Source of the DNA: an uncultured Gemmatimonadales bacterium
GTDB taxonomy: Bacteria; Gemmatimonadota; Gemmatimonadetes; Gemmatimonadales; GWC2-71-9
Direction: 5' to 3'
Length of the DNA stretch: 64,000 nt
Assembly: GCA_963833365.1 (NCBI GenBank)
Contig: CAWHXS010000012.1
Coordinates: 56,402-120,401 of the forward strand
Below the pieces are notes generated by a model, which was given only the letters and a program-made list of their open reading frames with translations, was not told the DNA's origin and ran no database searches. Below are positions 55,912 through 64,000 of this stretch, one piece after another. Each line of letters opens with the position of its first letter. Within the stretch, counting starts at the first letter, position 1. Made by a program: the position numbers and the translations under genes.

Positions 55912-58900
55912 ATGAAAGGATGGCTTCGTTCGGTTGTCCTGTTCTTGTCCCTCGGAGGTTTTAGCGAATCGGTTCTAGCTCAACAACAAGGCGCATCGTT
56001 GATTGGTCGAGTCACCTCGGCCGACGGCGATCCGCTGGGACAAGCCACCGTGGTGATCGAGCGCTGGGGTCTCGGCGCCACCACCAGGTCGGACGGCAGG
56101 TACACCATCGCGCTGCCGACGGCGCGACTCACCGGCGACACGGTGAGCGTGACCGCGCGGCTCATCGGCTACAAACCCCGAACCAGTCGCGTCGTGCTCG
56201 CGGGGGTCGAACAGACCCTCGACTTCTCCCTCGAAGCCAATCCGCTCCAGCTCGGTGAGATCGTCGTCACCGGCCTGGGCGGGGTCTCCGAAGTGGAGAA
56301 GCTTGGGACGGTGCGAAGCTCGATCGACTCGGCGCAGATCATCCGGAGCGGCGAGCAGAACCTGATCAACAGTCTTGCCGCCAAGGCTCCCAACGTCACC
56401 GTGACTTCGGCGTCGGGAGAACCAGGCGCATCGTCGTTCATCCAGGTCCGCGGCCTGACAACCATCAGCGCTCAGGATGGCCAGCCGCTCATCGTGGTGG
56501 ACGGCGTACCGGTCGACAATTCCATCAGCTACAACAACCCGATATCCGGCGCGCTCAACAGCAGCTCGTCGCCGTCGAACCGGGCCATCGATATCAATCC
56601 CAACGACATCGAGAACGTGGAAGTGCTGAAGGGCCCGGCCTCGAGCGCGGTGTATGGCTCGCGTGCCGGCTCAGGCGTCATCCTGATTACGACGAAGAAG
56701 GGCCGCCCCGGCCCGACCCGCTACTCCCTCCGCACGTCCCTCTCAGTCGATCAGCACGCCAATCTCCCGGACTTCCAGAACAAGTACGGGTTGGGGACCG
56801 GGGGCGCACCGCCGGCCTGCGTGAGGGAGGCGCGACCAATTGTCGGGTCGGATTCGGCGAAGCGGGGAGCTGGGGGCCGTTGCTGGCTGCGGGAACCCCG
56901 ACCTTCGATCACTCCGCCGAGATGTTCCAGGACGGCTACCAGACGGACAATGCCCTGACCGTGTCCGGCGGTGGCGAACGCACCACGTTCTTCTCTCGGG
57001 CGAGTACAACAACAACCGCGGCATCGTCGTCGGCGACAACAACAGCTACCGGCGCATTGCCCTCCGGTTCAACGGTGCCCACCGGGTTTTCGAGAACCTG
57101 AAGGTCGGCGCCAACATCTCCTACGTGGACGCCCAAGGCGGCGCCGTGGTAAGCCGCAACAGTACGGACGGCCTGCTGCTGGGCGCCTGGCGCACACCGC
57201 CAGACTTCAACAACAAGCCGTACCTCGATCCGGTGAGCGAGCTCCACCGTTCGTTTCGGTTCCCCAATCCAGGTCCGGGCTCCGAGCAACTGTCCCGGAG
57301 CTACGACAATCCGTTCTTCGTGGCCAACGAGGCCGAGTCCACCACGGACGTGAGCCGGGTCTACGGCGGTGTCAGCGCCGACTGGAATGCGAACGGGTGG
57401 TTGACCTTCAGCGAGAACCTGGGCTACGACTACGCCAACGACGAACGGCTGCAGGGATATCCCTGGTCCAATTCGAATACCACGGTGGCAGGAGTGAACG
57501 GCGTTGGTGGACTCAACGCCGGGTACATCAGGAATTCCCAGGTCGACCAGACCTTCACTGCGACAGCCAAGTATCGCATGTCGCAACAGTGGGCCGGTAA
57601 CGTCATGATCGGCCAGAACCTCAACTCGCAGACTTATCGCACCCGCCAGGTGGTGGGTACGACGCTGATCACGCCGAAGCCGTTCAATCTGGGCAATACC
57701 GCGGCGCAGCGTCCGCCCTACGACTTCGAGTCAACGGTGCGGCTCGAGTCATACTTCGCGCAGGTGAGCGCGGACCTGTGGGATCAGCTGTTCCTTACCG
57801 CCGCGTTGCGCAATGACGGTGCGAGCACCTTCGGAGCGGAAAACCGGCGCAACTGGTATCCCAAGGCGAGCGCCGCCTGGACCTTCCACCGCGGTGAAGT
57901 AGGGGAGAACAAGTTCCTCACCTACGGGAAGCTCCGCGCTGCCTACGGGCAGAGCGGTACCCAACCCGCGCCCTACCTGCTCGCGAGCACGCTCGTGACC
58001 TGGGCGGCGGCGGACGGAGGCTGGGGACCGTCCATCGGCAGCAGTCAGGGTGGAGCGGGCGGGCTGGTCACCAACTACAACCTTCCCACCCAGGAACTCG
58101 GTCCGGAGCGGGTCAAAGAATTCGAGACCGGTTTCGACGTCGGTCTTCTTCGGGACGCGGCCGATCTGAGCTTGACCTATTACCGCAGCTTCTCGACCGA
58201 CGTGATTCTCAACGTGCCGGTCGCGGGGAGCAGCGGGTATACCGAGAAGCCGGCGAACGCGGGCGAGCTTCGCAACTTCGGCTGGGAAATCGCGCTGAAC
58301 ACGCGTCCGGTGAACAAGCGGGAGTGGGGTTTCGATTTCGGCCTGCAGTGGGCCAAGAACATGAGCCTGGTGACGGATCTGGCTGGAGTTCAGTTCGCTC
58401 CGTTGCCGTTCTCCGGCGGGACCAACGGCCTGAGCGTCCAGTCGGTCGCGGCGAAGAACCAGCGGCTTGGCGTCCTGTTAGGCTCGGACTTCGTTCGCTG
58501 CGGGCGCGGACTCACGGTCAATGGCATCGATATCGACCACACCGCGGGCCACTGTCTGGGCGCCCCGAGCAAGTCGTTGTACATCGACTCACAGGGGTAT
58601 CCGATCCTCGACCAGTCGAAGAACTACATCATCGGTGATCCCAATCCCGACTGGACCGGATCGTTCCGGATGGGCTTCCGCTGGAAGAAGGTCTCGGTGA
58701 CCGGGCTGCTGGACGTGCGGTACGGCGGCCAGGCCCATAACGGGACGCGCGGCGCGCTCAATCACTTCGGAACCTCGAAGGAAACACAAGTCCTGCGCGA
58801 CGGCGGCAACTACATCTTCGGCACCGACTACTTCAAGAAGGAGCACGTCGCCGGTCCGGGCGCCGGCATGGCGGTACCGCTCGACGAGGGGTGGTTCACC

Positions 58901-59197
58901 GGAGCGGGCGGCATTTTCAACGGCGCAACTTCCCAGTTCCTGGAAGACGCGTCCTATGCCAAGCTGCGGGAAATCTCCATCGGATATCTGTTCGACGACG
59001 CGTGGGTGCTGGGCGGCCTCGGATTCAACTCGATGGAGGTCCGGGTCGCAGGACGGAACCTGCATACCTGGACCGGGTACAGCGGCATCGATCCCGAGAC
59101 CTCCGTGCTTGGCTCGGCTTCGGCGCTGCGCGGGGTTGATTACTTCAACAACCCGCAGACCAGGTCGTGGGTCTTCTCACTAACCCTGAACCGGTGA
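55912..59197 (+). pseudogene. susC: SusC/RagA-type TonB-dependent receptor, 2-3 frameshifts confined to about 56815-57000
   Basis: Signal peptide. CarboxypepD_reg domain (GRVTSADGDPLGQATVVIERWGLGATTRSDGRYTI). Plug domain (IENVEVLKGPASSAVYGSRAGSGVILITTKKG). Then frame hops: WGPLLAAGTPTFDHSAEMFQDGYQTDNALTVSGGGERTTFF / LSGEYNNNRGIVVGDNNSYRRIALRFNG. The remaining 2.2-kb barrel is uninterrupted. Confidence 0.85.
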
Positions 59198-59205
59198 GGC
59201 CAGCC

Positions 59206-60768
59206 ATGACACGCTCTCGCAAACTGGTCATGTGCGCGGCCCTGACGATACTGTCCGCCGCGTGTGACAACTTCCTCACCGGGCCCGGCATCGACCAGAA
59301 TCCCAACGGTACGACTGAATTGTCCAAGCCGGGCCCGCTCTACACCTCGATCCAGGCGCTGCAGTCGGTGCAGTTCGAAGGTCAGCTGGCCCGGAGTGCT
59401 CTGATGTACATGCAGCAGATCTCGGGCAACGGCCGGCAGCAGGTCGGGTACGACCGCGGCTTCATCGCGCCACCGGACATCGACACCTACTTCAGCGCAG
59501 TGTACGGAACGTCGCGCACCATCACCGGTGGTGGTGGCTTGCTCGACATCCGCAAGATGGAGCAGCTGGGTCATCGTCTGGGAGACTCCATCTATGTCGG
59601 CATCGGGAAAGTCTACGAAGCCCTCGTGATGGGGACCGCGGCCGACTTGTGGGGAGACGTTCCCTATCGGGAGGCGGCGGATTCAAACAATGAAACCCCG
59701 GCCTTTGACCCACAGCTCCAGATCTACCAGGACGTGCTGGCCCAGCTCGATTCGGCCATCACCGTGTATCTGGCGGTTCAGCTCGGCGGCCTCAACGCCG
59801 GGCCGGTTGCCGACGCCGCGGAAATCATCTACGGCGGAAGGGATGCCGCGGACCTTCAAGCCACCTACCTGGAAGTGGCGCATTCGCTCAAGGCCCGCTT
59901 CTACATGCACCTGGCGGAGGTGGATCCGGCCAACTATGCGCTGGCTCTTGCCGAGGTTCCGCAGGGAATCAGCTCGCCGGACAACGACATGCTCTGGTTT
60001 CACGATCTCTCTCCCACCGGGCAGAGCGTGTGGTGGCAGTTCCAAGCCACCCGGACCGACATCGCCCCGGGGGCCGCGCTCATCGAGATCCTGAAGCGGC
60101 GTATAGCGCAGGGTCTGGAGGACGACGCACGGCTCAACTTCTACTTCACGCCGGCGGACCCGCCCGGGGCGGCCAACGACTTCTTCGGGTATCGCCCAGC
60201 GGGCGCAACCGGACTGGTCACCACGGGCGGAGTTTATGACGGCAGCGGTTCAGCGCTGGGACACTACTCCGGCTTCACGTTCATCGATCCCAATATTTCT
60301 CCGGGAGACTTTCGTCACCCGATCATCACCTGGGCCGAAACCCAGTTGATCGGCGCCGAGGCGGCATTTCACGCCGGCGGGCAAGGCGCGGCTCAGCCGT
60401 ATCTCGATGCGGTGCGGGCCAACCGGGTCTACGGGTCGACCGGAGGAGCTACGGTGACCTTTCCAGCCCTCGGATCGGTTCCCGCGACGCTGCAGAACAT
60501 CATGGAGGAGAAATACGTGACGCTCTTCCTGAACATGGAAGTATGGAGCGACTACAAACGTACCTGCCTGCCGTCCCTGGCCTTTGCGCCTCCGGCGGGA
60601 AGCAATCAACCTGCGACCACGCCCGTTCCAGGGCGGCTGCCCTACGGGCAAACCGAAATCAACGCGAATCCCAACACGCCAAACGTTGATCCGGTGGGTC
60701 GCAATGCGAACGACCCCAACGCGTGCCCGGTGCTGAACTATTCGACCTCGACGCCGTTGGCCAACTGA
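59206..60768 (+). CDS. susD: SusD/RagB-family outer-membrane lipoprotein
   Basis: Start placed at MTRSRKLVMCAALTILSAACDN (lipobox). It directly follows the SusC-like gene. SusD-like helical/TPR core (AHSLKARFYMHLAE, WAETQLIGAEAAFHAG, EKYVTLFLNMEVWSDYKRT). Confidence 0.8.
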   Translation: MTRSRKLVMCAALTILSAACDNFLTGPGIDQNPNGTTELSKPGPLYTSIQALQSVQFEGQLARSALMYMQQISGNGRQQVGYDRGFIAPPDIDTYFSAVYGTSRTITGGGGLLDIRKMEQLGHRLGDSIYVGIGKVYEALVMGTAADLWGDVPYREAADSNNETPAFDPQLQIYQDVLAQLDSAITVYLAVQLGGLNAGPVADAAEIIYGGRDAADLQATYLEVAHSLKARFYMHLAEVDPANYALALAEVPQGISSPDNDMLWFHDLSPTGQSVWWQFQATRTDIAPGAALIEILKRRIAQGLEDDARLNFYFTPADPPGAANDFFGYRPAGATGLVTTGGVYDGSGSALGHYSGFTFIDPNISPGDFRHPIITWAETQLIGAEAAFHAGGQGAAQPYLDAVRANRVYGSTGGATVTFPALGSVPATLQNIMEEKYVTLFLNMEVWSDYKRTCLPSLAFAPPAGSNQPATTPVPGRLPYGQTEINANPNTPNVDPVGRNANDPNACPVLNYSTSTPLAN

Positions 60769-60807
60769 GTGTGGGATTTGAGATCTGGTAAATGAGTGCC
60801 AGGTGGT

Positions 60808-60888
60808 GGGGAGCAGGGAGCAGGGAGTAGGGCCCACGTCCTGACCGTGGAGTTGCAGCCCTATGTCTTGCCACCCACTCCCTACTCC
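60808..60888. repeat. (GGGAGCA)x2-GGGAGTA heptamers with an inverted partner
   Basis: GGGAGCA GGGAGCA GGGAGTA GGG at 60808-60831. CCACTCCCTACTCC at about 60873-60888 is the imperfect reverse complement. Confidence 0.6.
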
Positions 60889-60906
60889 TTCTTCCGGGAG
60901 GCCGGT

Positions 60907-61341
60907 GTGCGTATTGAAATCGTGCTAGTCCCGCTGATAGTGGGTTGTTACACCTACCGTCCACTCCCTTCGACGTCGCCCGAAACCGGCACCAGGGTTT
61001 CGGCGGAGCTCACCGATCAGGGCAGCATCGACATGGGCCCCCAGCTTGGTCCTGGGGTGACCCAGGTACAGGGAGAAGTACTGCCGTCGGATTCGATCGC
61101 CCTCCGCCTCGCGATACTCACCACGGCGAACAGCCGCGGGATCGAGTCCGACTGGCAGCGGGAACAGGTGGCGATTCCGGTGAATGCGCTGGGAAGGCTG
61201 GAACAGCGGAAGTTTTCGGTCAGCCAGACCGCGCTCGCTGGTGGGCTCGCGATCACGGGGCTTTATGCGATGTACCGGCTGTTAGGCGGGCCCGGGATCT
61301 TCGAGGGAAGTGCAGGACATGGGTCGAGTGAGGGGAGTTGA
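60907..61341 (+). CDS. Hypothetical small lipoprotein or membrane protein
   Basis: Tentative GTG start giving VRIEIVLVPLIVGCYTYRP (lipobox-like LIVGC). A C-terminal hydrophobic helix, ALAGGLAITGLYAMYRLL. No family recognised. The track start at 60796 lies inside the repeat region. Confidence 0.35.
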   Translation: MRIEIVLVPLIVGCYTYRPLPSTSPETGTRVSAELTDQGSIDMGPQLGPGVTQVQGEVLPSDSIALRLAILTTANSRGIESDWQREQVAIPVNALGRLEQRKFSVSQTALAGGLAITGLYAMYRLLGGPGIFEGSAGHGSSEGS

Positions 61342-61380
61342 ACAACTGCGTGCCGCGGATCTAGTGAGGGGAGCGGAACA

Positions 61381-61516
61381 AACTGCTTACCGCGGATGAT
61401 GCGGAATACACGGAAGAACGCGGAGGGATATTGTTAGTGGCTTGATCCGTCTCTTAAGTACTCGTAACCACTTCCGCGTGCGTCCGCGTGTTCCGCGTGA
61501 TCCGTGGTAAGCAGTT
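61381..61516. repeat. Copy 2 of the palindromic nonamer-arm element
   Basis: Left arm AACTGCTTACCGCGGATGATGCGGAATACACGGAAGAACGCGGAGGGA. A ~40-nt loop. Right arm CCACTTCCGCGTGCGTCCGCGTGTTCCGCGTGATCCGTGGTAAGCAGTT. A partial extra left arm (CAACTGCGTGCCGCGGATC) lies at 61343-61362. Confidence 0.8.
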
Positions 61517-61535
61517 TGGTGGTGGGGGCACTCCC

Positions 61536-62834
61536 TTACCTCGTCCGACTCAAGATCTGCACTAACGTCGGCATCAGATTCCGGCCAAACAGAGCTGAAT
61601 CAGCCGCCACGATGATTCCTGCGCTGTCCACGAGGAACCGACGAGGCAGTGTCGTAATCCCCAGAGTCTTCGCGACCGAGGATTCGAAGCTCCCCTCGGC
61701 AAACGCCTCGAGCCATGGCATTTGGAGCTGCCGCCTGAAATCGCGGGCCAACTGCCGGTCATCATCGAAAGAAACACCAAGGACATCGAGTCCCCTGTCG
61801 TGATATGCGCGATAGGCCTGCAGCAACCCTGGGAGCTCGGCCATACAGCTGTCGCACCAGGTCGCCCAGACATCGATCAACACCGTCTTCCCCAGCAGCG
61901 ACGCGTTGTCGAAAACCACCGATGAGTCCTCCAGAGCCGAGACTCTCAGGTCCGGAAGTGCCGCTCCGACGCTGGCGCTGGGTTTGGGCTGAAGGATGCC
62001 GCGGGCGAAGCCGAGCAGCGGAGACTCGGGGTGCTCCTGCTCCAGCCGTTGCAGGAAGTCCTCGGCCTGGGCCGAGTCTCCCGCGGATATCGAGAGGTTC
62101 ATGGCCTCCACCAACATCCATTGCTGGACCAAAGTGTCGGGATGGGAGGTCGCCGCATCGTTGAAGTAGTTCAGACAAGGAGCGATCGGTTTGTCGGGGC
62201 GGCACGGCTCACTGGCCAGCGCCGCCATGTTGGGTTCCAGCGCCCAGACCCTTGCCGTGGGGGGCACTTCGCGAAGCGCGCTCGATCGCAGGGATTCGGA
62301 CAGTGGAGCGCCAAGCCGCCTGAAGCGCAGCAACTCGAGATAGAGGGCCTGACGGACCAAAGGCGAGCGATCCTGCCCGAGCTGTTTCGTCGCCTTGGCA
62401 ACAGCCGGTTTCCAGTCGTATCCGGCCGAATCGGAGCCGCGCCGAGACCAGAGCTGGTATCGACTCTGTTCCGAGACCGCGTCCGCCATGACAGCCAGGA
62501 GCCGGGCGGACGCCGATGCGGGACGAAGCGCCGTTGCCCGCGACGCGAAGCTGTCATCCTGCGCGGCGAGGTGGACTTCGAGCGTCGCGTGAAGGGCAGG
62601 GTCGACCAGAATCGGGAGATAGAAATAGCCTCGCCCCGGAGCGAAGAACTGGAGTTGTGCGGTGCCGGTGTCGGAGACTTCGAGGCGGAAGGTGCCGTCC
62701 GCGGACGAGGTGGACTGGGCGAGGGTGAGGATGGGCGGGCGGATCAGGACTACGCCGGCACCGGCCAGCGGGGCCCCGGCCGCGTCCAGGATCTTGCCTT
62801 CGATGATCGCCGTCGGCTGGTGCCCGGCCAGCAT
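61536..62834 (-). CDS. TlpA-like thiol:disulfide oxidoreductase with an N-terminal carboxypeptidase-regulatory-like domain
   Basis: The C-terminal thioredoxin fold is KTVLIDVWATWCDSCMAELPGLLQAYRAYHDRGLDVLGVSFDDD. The N-terminus IEGKILDAAGAPLAGAGVVLIRPP...SADGTFRLEV is a CarboxypepD_reg pattern. A signal-peptide-like stretch lies upstream in frame, but without a start codon. Confidence 0.7.
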   Translation of the reverse strand: MLAGHQPTAIIEGKILDAAGAPLAGAGVVLIRPPILTLAQSTSSADGTFRLEVSDTGTAQLQFFAPGRGYFYLPILVDPALHATLEVHLAAQDDSFASRATALRPASASARLLAVMADAVSEQSRYQLWSRRGSDSAGYDWKPAVAKATKQLGQDRSPLVRQALYLELLRFRRLGAPLSESLRSSALREVPPTARVWALEPNMAALASEPCRPDKPIAPCLNYFNDAATSHPDTLVQQWMLVEAMNLSISAGDSAQAEDFLQRLEQEHPESPLLGFARGILQPKPSASVGAALPDLRVSALEDSSVVFDNASLLGKTVLIDVWATWCDSCMAELPGLLQAYRAYHDRGLDVLGVSFDDDRQLARDFRRQLQMPWLEAFAEGSFESSVAKTLGITTLPRRFLVDSAGIIVAADSALFGRNLMPTLVQILSRTR

Positions 62835-62896
62835 CGCGAGGAATCCGGCGAACAGCAGTAAAGCCCGGGGCAGGAGGCTCCGTCCTTGGTGGCCGC

Positions 62897-63262
62897 TTAG
62901 CGGGTTCCCGCGATGGCCTTGATTCGGATGAGGCCGGCCAGCGGATCGACTGTTCCGTCCGGCTGGGCGGCAGGCCCGGGGTGAATGAACCGGGACACGA
63001 GCTCCCGCAAGGCGATTTCGTGAGTGGGAATGTGCTCGGTCTCGAAAATCTCGATGTGTTCCGTGATCCGCTTGAACATCCCAAAGAACGAATGCTCCTC
63101 GATCCGGACCTGAATGCGCAAGAGACGGCCGTTCCAGTCGTAGGCGGCCGGATAGTCGCCATTGCGGACCCGGGCCGGATCCAACTCTCTGTGGACCTCC
63201 GCCGGATTGCGGAAGATGAGTATGCCTCCGCGAGCATCCACGATGATCGGTGGATTAATCAT
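62897..63262 (-). CDS. Hypothetical protein (121 aa)
   Basis: ORF only, no family recognised. 8-nt overlap with the upstream membrane-protein gene suggests co-translation. Confidence 0.35.
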   Translation of the reverse strand: MINPPIIVDARGGILIFRNPAEVHRELDPARVRNGDYPAAYDWNGRLLRIQVRIEEHSFFGMFKRITEHIEIFETEHIPTHEIALRELVSRFIHPGPAAQPDGTVDPLAGLIRIKAIAGTR

Positions 63263-63626
63263 TTCGCACCTCTAAAGCCCGCCACCCGAGCCAGACCGCA
63301 GCGGCCGCGATTGCCGCGGTAGCGAGCAGTGCCAGCAGACCCGTGCTCACTCCCGTGCCACCCCAGACCACTGGCGCCATGCCTCCGGTAATGCAGAGCA
63401 GAATTGCCCATGCGATAAGCGACATCCGAGCCCACGCGCGACCCTGGGCGAGGCCGATCGTACTGGTGAGGCCAAGGATTCCGTATGCGGTTTGAGTCCC
63501 CGCGGCGACCCGCTGACCGGCCGTTGTTGCGTCGCGAAACGCCTCGGGCCCGTTGAAGGCACCGAGCAGGCCGGTCAGGAGAGGAAGCGCGAGCGCGACG
63601 AGACGCCAGAGCAGCGTTCGGGACAT
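63255..63626 (-). CDS. Hypothetical 4-TM membrane protein (123 aa)
   Basis: Four hydrophobic segments (LLWRLVALALPLLTGLLGAF, AYGILGLTSTIGLA, MSLIAWAILLCITGGMAPVVW, GLLALLATAAIAAAAVWLGW). Confidence 0.45.
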   Translation of the reverse strand: MSRTLLWRLVALALPLLTGLLGAFNGPEAFRDATTAGQRVAAGTQTAYGILGLTSTIGLAQGRAWARMSLIAWAILLCITGGMAPVVWGGTGVSTGLLALLATAAIAAAAVWLGWRALEVRND

Positions 63627-63659
63627 GGGTGCGAAAGCTAGCTGTGTTCGGGGGAGGGG

Positions 63660-63989
63660 CTAGAGCTTTCGTTCCACCTCTGAGGGATCCAGACCCACTT
63701 CTTCGAGGATCTCTCTCGTGCTGGGGCCGGTGAAGTCCTCACGGCGCGCTTCGAAGACGAGCTCATGAGCATGCGGGCCATCCAGCGCCTGTTGCTGGCG
63801 CAGAACCCATCCGCTCTCATCCACGAACAACCGCACCGCGTGCTCCAGAGACTCGAAGAAGTTCTCGCTCCAGCGATGGTCCCGCGGGTGCCAGAAGCGG
63901 GTCATGAGCAGAGCGTTGGCGGGCGCCTTGTCCTTCCGGCCTACCTCGCGAGTGACGACCACTACGAGATGCGGACGGCCCGGGCGCAC
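63660..63989 (-). CDS. Hypothetical protein (at least 109 aa; the true start may lie beyond the track start or the window edge)
   Basis: ORF only, with coding-like composition. No family recognised. Confidence 0.3.
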   Translation of the reverse strand: MRPGRPHLVVVVTREVGRKDKAPANALLMTRFWHPRDHRWSENFFESLEHAVRLFVDESGWVLRQQQALDGPHAHELVFEARREDFTGPSTREILEEVGLDPSEVERKL

Positions 63990-64000
63990 AGTCGGCGCTT

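Overview
High-GC bacterial chromosomal window (about two-thirds G+C by eye) with roughly 55 protein-coding genes on both strands. I recognise no rRNA, tRNA, CRISPR array, transposase, integrase or phage gene. The gene content (a SusC/SusD pair, a BlaI/BlaR1-type pair, Hanks kinases with TPR tails, DUF2911, many lipoproteins) suggests a soil Gemmatimonadota- or Acidobacteriota-like genome, but that is a low-confidence guess.

Gene order, left to right:
- MerR fragment, Ku (frameshifted) and a three-domain LigD (NHEJ).
- SthA, a TerB-like protein, a SnoaL-like/ATP-grasp/MsrB operon, DUF445, DUF2911-TPR and an aldehyde dehydrogenase.
- A GbsR/MarR regulator, a TolC-MFP-RND efflux operon, an APC permease and a PDZ protein, all riddled with frameshifts.
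- Two paralogous Ig-domain lipoproteins, a Hanks kinase-TPR, AlaX, a second Hanks kinase and a G8/beta-helix lipoprotein.
- DpaL, a nitronate monooxygenase and a hotdog protein.
- BlaI, an M56 BlaR1-like protease fused to HEAT repeats, and a HEAT paralog.
- A SARP/ATPase regulator with two tiny paralogous lipoproteins, then SseA.
- Two back-to-back two-component systems (frameshifted), a beta-lactamase-fold protein lacking its catalytic residues, and an OmpR remnant.
- SusC (frameshifted) with SusD, and a TlpA-like thioredoxin.

Most unusual signals:
1. Most intergenic gaps are built from 7/8/9-nt tandem arrays, commonly as inverted array pairs. The same units recur at distant loci, and once in frame inside the LigD interdomain linker.
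2. Single-base frameshifts cluster very unevenly, in genes whose protein sequence is otherwise well conserved.
3. There are several lineage-specific modules: a predicted periplasmic HEAT sensor, twin Cys-loop lipoproteins and a duplicated lipoprotein cassette.

Limits: all family calls come from motif recognition by eye; no searches were run. Frameshift positions are approximate (+/- 30 nt).
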